Shown one piece after another: positions 24,269 to 36,200 of a DNA stretch of 64,000 nucleotides. How positions within the stretch are numbered: the first letter of the stretch is position 1; the number at the start of each line of letters is the position of its first letter. Both the position numbers and the translations under genes were made by a program. The notes beneath the pieces were generated by a model. The model was not told the origin of the DNA. It ran no database searches and was given only the letters and a program-made list of their open reading frames with translations. Source of the DNA: Macrostomum lignano (Eukaryota); NCBI GenBank assembly GCA_002269645.1, contig NIVC01000031.1, positions 124,001-188,000 on the forward strand. The letters are read 5' to 3'.

Positions 24269-27200
24269 TCACGACACGTTTTTATCCACCTCGAACACGG
24301 CGTTCCGCATTTTGCCGCCGCACTTGATTCCTGAGTCTCCAGAGCACGGCACGTTGCAGTCTCCGTCCTCCGCTTCTCCATTGCCGTAAATGTAGTTTTC
24401 GCCGCAGAAGCACCGACTGCCGGACTGCACTGCAAAGTAAGTAGTGCCGCGGGACTTGCAGAACCGGTTGCACTTGCGCTGCGTCATTTTTCTGCTTGAA
24501 GCCGCTTTAATGGAAAATTGCGGGTACTCCTTGCTGTCATAGAAGCAGCCAAGATACTCTGAAAGTAGAAGCAAAGTACTTCATAGTTACTATCATAGCT
24601 CACAAAAGCTCACTAAGAGAAAATAGAAATAAGAGAAAAAGACTCACTAAACTTGGGCCGTTTCTTGAAATAATCACCAAACACCTGAACTTCGCATAGA
24701 GTCAGGTAAGTTTTCTTGCGACTGCTGATCATCACGACCCTGCCTACTCTGTTGCACCTGAACGTCGTCACCTTGAAGACGCTGTGAGAGTGGTACGAGC
24801 CGCACACGTGACCGTCCACCGTGACCACAAAGTTTGTGAGTCTATCAAAGCAGCAGTCGAGTCTGTTGAAGATCTTGATCTCCTTGATGTGAGCCAGCTT
24901 CTGAGTCTTGGCCATCCACCAGCCGCTCTCCAGCTTCGTGTGAGTGCACGAGTGTCCCCAGTAGTTCTGGTTGGTGTTTCCATCGATGGCTTTGCTGCAG
25001 ACGCCGTTCCAGCCGACAGAGCTCTGAGAGCAACGGCTCAGAGGCAAAATATCTGCAATTGAGTCAGTATTCACTCATAATACTCTCTACTGAAATGCAT
25101 CACGCAATAATTATTTCCCACTCACCAGATCTCTTAGCTGCCAGCTTAGTGTACTCTCCGAACACTTCGACCTCGCACAGAGTGAACCACTTCTTCAGAT
25201 TGTTCCTGATGATGACATTCTGACCGACCTTGTCGCACTTGAATCTCTTCACCGAGAAGAACGTGCTGGACCTGTGTCTGGCGCACACCTGTCCGTCCAC
25301 GATGATGTCGAAGTTGTTGAGTAGGTTGGAGCAACAGTCGAGCCTGTTGTAGATGACGACCTCCTTGATGTGAGCGGGTCTGGTAAAGCTTCCTTGCCAG
25401 AATCCGCCAGGGGCTTTAGTGTGGGTGCAGGAGTGCTTGCCGTAATCCTGGTTTTTGTTTCCATCCATGGCTCGCTTGCAGACTCCGTTCCATCCCGTCG
25501 ATGTCTGGAAGCACGTGTTGAAGCTCAGCTTGTCTGTGGATTCAGTTCAGTTGGTTTGTTTTGTGTGCTGGCTTTAACTAATAAAGTTTAGCAACAAGAG
25601 ACCTACTTTTGGTTGTGAAACATCAAATGAAGTTTGCTTTGTATGTACTCAATTTCACAAATTAGTGGTACATGTACTTCTAAAACAGTAGGTCTGGTTG
25701 CTTGTCGGTCTGGTACCTGGGCTATATGATAAATTTTGTATCTGAATAGACGCTTGTAGGAAAGAGGAGAATTTTGTTAATAAATTCGTAAATCTGAAGT
25801 CATAACTTAGTATAGTTGGGACACACATGTAGGTTTAAACGAAAATGGTAATAAATTTGTTATTTAGCCAATGAAGATTGGAGGCTATCATTGAATGAAA
25901 GGCAGCGTCTGCCTAAACTCTAAAGCATGCTTTGGCAAACCCTAGGCTCTGCCTCTGTCAAGGTGGGTTTAAGTAAAACATAGTGTTTAAATTGACATGG
26001 TGTAACTAATATATTAGGTTATGATTGTATTGTATCGTTTTTTTGCTTGTACAAACCATTCTGCATTGCCAGTCTATCTTCCTCATCCACTGTTACGCTC
26101 GTAAAACTGCAGAGTTGGCCAACATTAGTATTGTGGACAGTTGTTAGAATTTCTCACTAGACTGCTCTAAGGCTTCCGTAGCCTCCATAAAATATCACCC
26201 ACAGCAGCAGCATCAGCATCAGCAGCAGTTGCCTTGGTCCAACAACAACAGAATTGCTGCGCCCGCATCATCTCGGGCTGCATCACTCCGACCCGTGCCA
26301 CTAACCTGGCCACCACCAACCTTCCGCCCATCGGCCACATTGCTGCGGAACGAGCGGCTAACCTCGGCTACCGTCCACCCCCACGCTGGACTCCCACAAC
26401 CGGGAGACGCATCCGCCGCGCCGGCTAGATCCGACAAACGTCCCGACGAACCTGACGATCCAGCTGGACCTCACCGCCTCCTGCGGACACAGCACCCTGC
26501 ATGACCTGAAGCGGGATCGTGCCGTCGCCTACCTCGCCGACCTTGCGACGCCGGACATTGAAGTCTGGACGGACGGCTCAGCATCGGAGGGCACTACTAA
26601 CAGTAGGAGCGCGGCTGTGATAATCACCAAGCTGTGGCACCAGGTCGTCACTAGTCCAGCCGGCATTCTCACCAGCTCCACTCAAGCAGAACTGACTGCC
26701 ATCCGCACTGCCATCCAGATCACGGCCGAGCTGCACCCAGGTTTTGGACAGACGGTCCGTGTCCACTCCGACTCGCTGGCGGCTCTCAAAGCTGGACACT
26801 GGGGCCCTCACCCAGTCCACCCAGCTGGCGGCGGACTGCTGGTTTGAGCTAGCTGCCAGCAACCGCTCCTATGAACTGATCTGGGTGCCGGCCCACTGCT
26901 GTATCTCCGGCAATGAAGTCCCCGACAGGGCGGCCAACAGAGCGGTAAACCTCAACGGCGCTACTGCGGCTCCCATTACCTTCCAAGCGGCCAAAGCGGC
27001 GATCAAGCGGGACCGCCGCACCAAAGATCGGAAATTCTTTGCGACCGATCCCTGGCCACCCCTTCCGACCAACCTGACTCGCACCGAGGCGGTCGCTGTG
27101 AACCAGCTGCGGGCCGGAGCTTCCATGCTGGCTGCAGCCACTCGCCACCGAATCGGCATTGAAACCGACCCTCCCTGCCGCGATTGCGTGGCCGTGGACA

Positions 27201-30200
27201 ACGAGGATCATCTTCTGCACGAGTGCCCCCGCGCCGATCGCGTCAGGGGCCAGCTGGACCCGGATGTTCGGGATGACCTGCTTGCCCATCCGGTGGCGGT
27301 CATCAAAATTCTGCGTGCCCTAGGGCGCCTCTAGGCGCCTACCCCAGCTGCAGCCGCAGCGTTGTGGGCGCTGGCAAGAAGAAGTTGCCTTGGTGAAGTA
27401 TGGCGTGCAAATTTGACGAAAGTGCCTTCCAATGTTGAAAGAATGCATTCCAAATGATGGTCACTAACTGCGTCATCTTTACCTGTTTGCAATGTTACAC
27501 TTTGACTGCTTCCCCCCCCCCGACAATTTCTTGCTGCGCCGGAACGAAGCAACGCAGGCACACGAAATTCAAAAACACCGGCTAACTTTTTGTTGCGCAC
27601 CTTTTGAAACAAAAATCAAATCGCCAGCCCTCCGGACCGTCGAGATATTCGACGATTCTGCCAGAAGATTTAATTTTTTCCATAAGCGCTAATGTATTAT
27701 TCAGTATACCCCTGTACGCCAATCAGCACTGTGCCTCAGCGCAGCCTTGCCAAGACTCCAACTTTCATCAGTACGTTGATCACATGTGTCTGCATCAGCT
27801 CTGACTTCGTTAGTCACTGGCCTTCACCGAGACGGAGCTTCTAGACCATTAACAGGTGGCACCAGGTGACTATGAACACCCTGATACAAATTTCACGAGT
27901 TTCGCCGATCATGCCTCGACAGTGAGCAAACCTCAACTTCTGGACACCCTCAGCTGGTCTCTCGAGCATTCCATCATCACCACAACACCGTCGGCACCTT
28001 CAACATGTGGCATCAGATAACTATGGACATCCTTTTAAAACTATCAGGTTAAATGTGATTATATACCTGAAAATTTAGATTGGTCCATTTTAGTAAAACG
28101 AAAAAGAAAGACTTATCAACTTACTGCCTGTGGATCTCTTTGTGTACAATCCGAAAACCTGAACTTCGCATAGAGTCAGGTAAGTCCTCTTGCGACTTCT
28201 GATCATCACGACCTTGCCGACTTTATTACACCTGAACGTTTTCACCTTGAAGACACCGCGAGAGTTGTACGAGCCGCACACGTGACCGTCCACCGTGACC
28301 ACAAAGTTTGTGAGTCGATTAGAACAGCAGTCGAGTCTGTTGAAGATCTTGATCTCCTTGATGTGAGCCAGCTTCTGAGTCTTGGCCATCCACCAGCCGC
28401 TCTCCAGCTTCGTGTGAGTGCACGAGTGTCCCCAGTAGTTCTGGTTGGTGTTTCCATCGATGGCTTTGCTGCAGACGCCGTTCCCGCCGACAGAGCTCTG
28501 AGAGCAACGGCTCAGAGGCAAAATATCTGCAATTGAGTCAGTATTCACTCATAATACTCTCTACTGAAATGCATCACGCAATAATTATTTCCCACTCACC
28601 AGATCTCTTAGCTGCCAGCTTAGTGTACTCTCCGAACACTTCGACCTCGCACAGAGTGAGGTACTTCTTCAGATTGTTCCTGATGATGACATTCTGACCG
28701 ACCTTGTCGCACTTGAATCTCTTCACTGAGAAGAACGTGCTGGACCTGTGTCTGGCGCACACCTGTCCGTCCACGATGATGTCGAAGTTGTTGAGTCGGT
28801 TGGAGCAACAATCGAGTCTGTTGTAGATGACGACCTCCTTGATGTGAGCGGGTCTGGTAAAGCTTCCTTGCCAGAATCCGCCAGGGGCTTTAGTGTGGGT
28901 GCAGGAGTGCTTGCTGTAATCCTGGTTTTTGTTTCCATCCATGGCTCGCTTGCAGACTCCGTTCCATCCCGTCGTGGTCTGGAAGCACGTGTTGAAGCTC
29001 AGCTTGTCTGTGGATTCAGTTCAGTTGGTTGGTTTTGTGTGCTGGCTTTAACTAATAAAGTTTAGCAACAAGAGACCTACTTTTGGTTGTGAAACATCAA
29101 ATGAAGTTTGCTTTGTATGTACTCAATTTCACAAATTAGTGGTACATGTGCTTCTAAAACAGTAGGTCTGGTTGCTTGTCGGTCTGGTACCTGGGCTATA
29201 TGATAAATTTTGTATCTGAATAGACGCTTGTAGGAAAGAGGAGAATTTTGTTAATAAATTCGTAAATCTGAAGTCAGAACTTAGTATAGTTGGGACACAC
29301 ATGTAGGTTTAAACGAAAATGGTAATAAATTTGTTATTTAGCCAATGAAGATTGGAGGCTATCATTGAATGAAAGGCAGCGTCTGCCTAAACTCTAAAGC
29401 ATGCTTTGGCAAACCCTAGGCTCTGCCTCTGTCAAGGTGGGTTTAAGTAAAACATAGTGTTTAAATTGACATGGTGTAACTAATATATTAGGTTATGATT
29501 GTATTGTATCGTTTTTTTGCTTGTACACACCATTCTGCATTGCCAGTCTATCTTCCTCATCCACTGTTACGCTCGTAAAACTGCAGAGTTGGCCAACATT
29601 AGTATTGTGGACAGTTGTTAGAATTTCTCACTAGACTGCTCTAAGGCTTCCGTAGCCTCCATAAAATATCACCCACAGCAGCAGCATCAGCATCAGCAGC
29701 AGTTGCCTTGGTCCAACAACAACAGAATTGCTGCGCCCGCATCATCTCGGGCTGCATCACTCCGACCCGTGCCACTAACCTGGCCACCACCAACCTTCCG
29801 CCCATCGGCCACATTGCTGCGGAACGAGCGGCCAACCTCGGCTACCGTCCACCCCCACGCTGGACTCCCACAACCGGGAGACGCATCCGCCGCGCCGGCT
29901 AGATCCGACAAACGTCCCGACGAACCTGACGATCCAGCTGGACCTCACCGCCTCCTGCGGACACAGCACCCTACATGACCTGAAGCGGGATCGTGCCGTC
30001 GCCTACCTCGCCGACCTTGCGACGCCGGACATTGAAGTCTGGACGGACGGCTCAGCATCGGAGGGCACTACTAACAGTAGGAGCGCGGCTGTGATAATCA
30101 CCAAGCTGTGGCACCAGGTCGTCACTAGTCCAGCCGGCATTCTCACCAGCTCCACTCAAGCAGAACTGACTGCCATCCGCACTGCCATCCAGATCACGGC

Positions 30201-33200
30201 CGAGCTGCACCCAGGTTTTGGACAGACGGTCCGTGTCCACTCCGACTCGCTGGCGGCTCTCAAAGCTGGACACTGGGGCCCTCACCCAGTCCACCCAGCT
30301 GGCGGCGGACTGCTGGTTTGAGCTAGCTGCCAGCAACCGCTCCTATGAACTGATCTGGGTGCCGGCCCACTGCTGTATCTCCGGCAATGAAGTCCCCGAC
30401 AGGGCGGCCAACAGAGCGGTAAACCTCAACGGCGCTACTGCGGCTCCCATTACCTTCCAAGCGGCCAAAGCGGCGATCAAGCGGGACCGCCGCACCAAAG
30501 ATCGGAAATTCTTTGCGACCGATCCCTGGCCACCCCTTCCGACCAACCTGACTCGCACCGAGGCGGTCGCTGTGAACCAGCTGCGGGCCGGAGCTTCCAT
30601 GCTGGCTGCAGCCACTCGCCACCAAAATCGGCATTGAAACGGACCCTCCCTGCCGCGATTGCGTGGCCGTGGACAACGAGGATCATCTTCTGCACGAGTG
30701 CCCCCGCGCCGATCGCGTCAGGGGCCAGCTGGACCCGGATGTTCGGGATGACCTGCTTGCCCATCCGGTGGCGGTCATCAAAATTCTGCGTGCCCTAGGG
30801 CGCCTCTAGGCGCCTACCCCCAGCTGCAGCCGCAGCGTTGTGGGCGCTGGCAAGAAGAAGTTGCCTTGGTGAAGTATGGCGTGCAAATTTGACGAAAGTG
30901 CCTTCCAATGTTGAAAGAATGCATTCCAAATGATGGTCACTAACTGCGTCATCTTTACCTGTTTGCAATGTTACACTTTGACTGCTTCCCCCCCCCCCGA
31001 CAATTTCTTGCTGCGCCGGAACGAAGCAACGCAGGCACACGAAATTCAAAAACACCGGCTAACTTTTTGTTGCGCACCTTTTGAAACAAAAATCAAATCG
31101 CCAGCCCTCCGGACCGTCGAGATATTCGACGATTCTGCCAGAAGATTTAATTTTTTCCATAAGCGCTAATGTATTATTCAGTATACCCCTGTACGCCAAT
31201 CAGCACTGTGCCTCAGCGCAGCCTTGCCAAGACTCCAACTTTCATCAGTACGTTGATCACATGTGTCTGCATCAGCTCTGACTTCGTTAGTCACTGGCCT
31301 TCACCGAGACGGAGCTTCTAGACCATTAACAGGTGGCACCAGGTGACTATGAACACCCTGATACAAATTTCACGAGTTTCGCCGATCATGCCTCGACAGT
31401 GAGCAAACCTCAACTTCTGGACACCCTCAGCTGGTCTCTCGAGCATTCCATCATCACCACAACACCGTCGGCACCTTCAACATGTGGCATCAGATAACTA
31501 TGGACATCCTTTTAAAACTATCAGGTTATACGTGATTATATACCTGAAAATTTAGATTGGTCCATTTTAGTAAAACGAAAAAGAAAGACTTATCAACTTA
31601 CTGCCTGTGGATCTCTTTGTGTACAATCCGAAAACCTGAACTTCGCATAGAGTCAGGTAAGTCCTCTTGCGACTTCTGATCATCACGACCTTGCCGACTT
31701 TATTACACCTGAACGTTTTCACCTTGAAGACACCGCGAGAGTTGTACGATGCGCACACGTGACCGTCCACCGTGACCACAAAGTTTGTGAGTCTATCAAA
31801 GCAGCAGTCGAGTCTGTTGAAGATCTTGATCTCCTTGATGTGAGCCAGCTTCTGAGTCTTGGCCATCCACCAGCCGCTCTCCAGCTTCGTGTGAGTGCAC
31901 GAGTGTCCCCAGTAGTTCTGGTTGGTGTTTCCATCGATGGCTTTGCTGCAGACGCCGTTCCAGCCGACAGAGCTCTGAGAGCAACGGCTCAGAGGCAAAA
32001 TATCTGCAATTGAGTCAGTATTCACTCATAATACTCTCTACTGAAATGCATCACGCAATAATTATTTCCCACTCACCAGATCTCTTAGCTGCCAGCTTAG
32101 TGTACTCTCCGAACACTTCGACCTCGCACAGAGTGAACCACTTCTTCAGATTGTTCCTGATGATGACATTCTGACCGACCTTGTCGCACTTGAATCTCTT
32201 CACCGAGAAGAACGTGCTGGACCTGTGTCTGGCGCACACCTGTCCGTCCACGATGATGTCGAAGTTGTTGAGTAGGTTGGAGCAACAGTCGAGTCTGTTG
32301 TAGATGACGACCTCCTTGATGCGAGCGGGTCTGGTAAAGCTTCCTTGCCAGAATCCGCTAGGGGATTTAGTGTGGGTGCAGGAGTGCTTGCCGTAATCCT
32401 GGTTTTTGTTTCCATCCATGGCTCGCTTGCAGACTCCGTTCCAGCCCGTCGAGGTCTGGAAGCACTTGTTGAAGCTCAGCTTGTCTGTGGATTCAGTTCA
32501 GTTGGTTGGTAATGAAGCTCGCTTAATAAACAGTAAATAAATGGAGGAGATAATCAACATGTTTTAATGCCGATGCATACTGCCATAATGGATATCGTCA
32601 GGGCTTACCAAATGTATTAAAGGAAATGAAATTTCGCTCTTATATATTGTTTTTTTTATTAGAGGCAGGGGGTTGTGTGCACCCTGGCGCACTTTAAGCG
32701 GCACAGACACACAACCGGCGAGAGGCATTACCACCCATTCCGCCGACTCCCCTGAGCAGGCACACAAGCGCGCGGATACCTACGCAGGCACACACCCACA
32801 CAGGAGTGTACAGCGGCCCTAACTTTATTTTATCGTTAGGCATGTACACTTCACTGCGCATTGGGGGGTTGGCCCTCAAGGCCGTTAATTGCACGAGCAG
32901 AGCCAAGCCGAGATTCCAATTCAGCCCCAAATTAATTTGACTGCACTTGGAATCGAGCCTGGGTCGCTGGCACACGAGAGCCTGCGCTAGACCGCAGGGC
33001 TACGCCCCCTCTTCTCTTATATATTGACGTGAGACTATTGAATTTTGTAAGAACGATAACAAACTTAGCTTATTAGAGGCTATGCACATCAAGGCCCAAC
33101 AACCTACTCTGAACCATCAGCTTGCCATGGGGGCGGTGCTAGCCGTCAGCTTCAACATTTTTTAGCTCGCTCAATAACCAGACTGGACTATTTTGATTTG

Positions 33201-36200
33201 TACCACGCCTTTCACCCAAACTAGTGTTACCCTGTTATGCACTTAATTTTTACTCCTGTCAAATAGTTGATTGTTCAAGTCTATGTATTAGAGCAAAATT
33301 TAATTTCGTTTAATAAATTTAGTAAGCCCTGAGGATGTCCATTGGGTGACGAAATGCATCGGCATTAAAACATGTTTATTATCTCCTTCAGTTGATTGTT
33401 TTTCTGTGCTGGCTTTAACTGATAAAGTTTAGTAGCGAAAGACCTACTTTGGGTTGTGAAACATCAAATGAAGTTTGCTTTTTGGGTACTAAATTTCACA
33501 TATTAGTGACACCAGACGCGCAGTTTATCCTTGTCTAAAAGTGTCTCGTCTAAAAGTCTTGTCTAAAAGTCTTGTCCAATATTTAAAAAGTGCTTGGGAT
33601 TTCCTTTCGAGAATCGTAGATTACGTCAAGCTATATTAGCACCACCAGCCTGTGCCTGCGCCTCCTTTTCTTGGATGTGGTAGTTGACCTTGCCCAAGCG
33701 CCTCGAGACTCGGTACGACCTTTCCACTTGTCGCTCAGGCACCGCGTATGCCTGCGCTTTATGACGAAGTTGCGAGCGGAGCATCACGAGTAGGCCCTCC
33801 TCAATTGACACGAACTGACAGTCATGGTGGGATCATGGTTCAGGCGCTCTGATGATTTTTCTTGAGTCCGCGGCAGAAAGCCGTGATGTCTGCCGTCCGC
33901 TGTCGGCAGGTCGTCGTTCATTTGTCAGCTGTCAAGAGCCAGCCGTGAAAGACCTTGTACGACTGATGTGGGTGGTACTGTGCACCGAGGTGTTATAGAA
34001 CCAAGTAATGTACAGTACGACAGCTTCCGGTCTGTGAGAATCTTCTTGACGCCCAGTCGCTAGCAGTGACGGCTGAACATCTCGCTCTGGAATTGCTGAC
34101 CCTGTTCGCTGTGCTGCACCAGATGGGATCGATCGTCACAAAAGCTGCGTCTCCATCCGCTTAGAGAACGTGTCGCACATGCTCAGGATATATGAGTTGC
34201 ACGTCGCATGCGATTACGCGTCGGGTTCCTCGTGCAGGTCACCATCGTCGTCCCACCGAGTCTGCAGACGAGTACAGGCCACCCGGCTTGACGCATCCGG
34301 CACCACGTTGTCTCTGCACGGCCGGTACCGCAACTCGAAAAAGAACTGCTACAGAGTCGACAGTCCCCGTGCCAGCCGACCCTATACGTGTCCTTGGTCA
34401 CCAGCCGACCTTGCAGCGGTCGGTGGTCCGAATAGACTGTAGAGCACGGTACACTCAGCAAGTCCGTTCTGACGTGCTTCAGAATCCAAACCGTGCCAGC
34501 AGCTCCAGGTCTGTAGCCGGGTAGTCTCGCTCGGCCTTGTTGAGGGTGGGAGAGGCGAACGCCACCGGCAGCTTAGCGTCCCCATGCAGCTGGCTGAGTA
34601 CCGCGCTGACGGCGAACTGGCTGCTGTCCCAGCTGAGCACAAACTACCTGGTGAAATCCCGGCACTTTCACAACCGAGCCATCGTCAGCTAGTTCTCCAG
34701 TTCCTTGAAAGCTCGCTCGCAGTCGCTGGTCCATGTGAAGTCTGTTGATTTCACGCCGACCTCGCGCAGGACTCTCGCCGTCTGGCTGAACTCTTCGATG
34801 AAACGGCCGTAGAATCCATGCCGAGAGACCGCTTGACCTCTTCGGCCGAATTTGAACTAGGCATGTGGCGAATGACCTCCACCTTGCTAGGGTTCGGTGC
34901 AATGCCCTGCTCGTTGATCAGTTGTCCCAGGTACAGCAGCTGGCTATGGCCGAACACGCTCTTTGCCTTGTGTATTTTGAGACCCACATCACGCAGCCAC
35001 TGAAAAAGGCGCTCCAGCCTCACCAGATGCTCGGCGAAGGTCCTGATGACGAGAACGACATCTTCGATGCAAGTCAGCACTGCAAGTTCCAGAAATAGGC
35101 CCGACATCACCAGCTTCATGAGCCGCAGAAACGTCGCTGGGGCGGTTTACATTCCAAAGCCCATTTTGCGAAACTGCATGAGGCCAAGGGTCGAATAGAA
35201 GGCCGTATTATATAGGTCCTCCTCCGCCAACTTCACCTGGTGGTAAGAACCAGGAGCACCCGACCAGAGCATCCATAGTGTGCTGCAGGTGCGGTAACGG
35301 GTACGCCGAGCAGATTTGTGCTTCGCCTGTCCCAAGCAGCTTCAGCTTCTAGGTCTTCATATTTTCATTCCATTCGCAGTCATTGGCAAGTCCACAAACG
35401 TGTTGAGCAACTTTCTCACATTGGTTTCGCCGCTAAACTTTAGAGCCAGTAAAATGAAAACCACTTTCAAACCATGCTGTTTCACGTCAGAGTTACCAAA
35501 ACGCATCAGGCTCACTTCAATACCGGTATATGAAGGCTAGAACCTGGGTAGAACCAATGAAACCTGGGCGCCAGTGTCAAGCAGAGCGGGTGCTAACAAC
35601 TGCCAGGACGTACCTCCACGAAGACCGAGCGCACAACACTAAAGGTCCATTAGAGCGGTGCGAGCGTACGAGTACCGTTTTTTACATCTTATATTCGCTT
35701 GCCGCTTTCCACTTTGTGCCGATTGATATGACTTTGGTTACAGTAATTGCATGGAGAAAAAAGTTGGGAATTATTTTTGCAGCTGCAGTTGCTGTCATGA
35801 AATCTATACGTGAAAATTTAGATTGGCCCATTTTAGTAAAATGAAAAAAAACATTTATCAACTTACTGCCTGTGGATCTCTTTGTGTACGATCCGAACAC
35901 CTGAACTTCGCATAGAGTCAGGTAGGTCCTCTTGCGACTGCGGATCATCACGACCCTGCCTACTCTGTTGCACCTGAACGTCGTCACCTTGAAGACGCTG
36001 TGAGAGTGGTACGAGCCGCACACGTGACCGTCCACCGTGACCACAAAGTTTGTGAGTCTATCAAAGCAGCAGTCGAGTCTGTTGAAGATCTTGATCTCCT
36101 TGATGTGAGCCAGCTTCTGAGTCTTGGCCATCCACCAGCCGCTCTCCAGCTTTGTGTGAGTGCACGAGTGTCCCCAGTAGTTCTGGTTGGTGTTTCCATC

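Larger units (their letters stand above)
32511..33390 (+). mobile_element. Penelope-like element 3' end (GIY-YIG C-terminus + pseudo-LTR)
   Basis: KLSLLEAMHIKAQQPTLNHQ resembles the end of a PLE endonuclease; hammerhead motif at 33326-33363; 32546-32578 is an inverted copy of 33354-33386; imperfect TSD ttcagttg(g/a)ttg. Confidence 0.75.
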
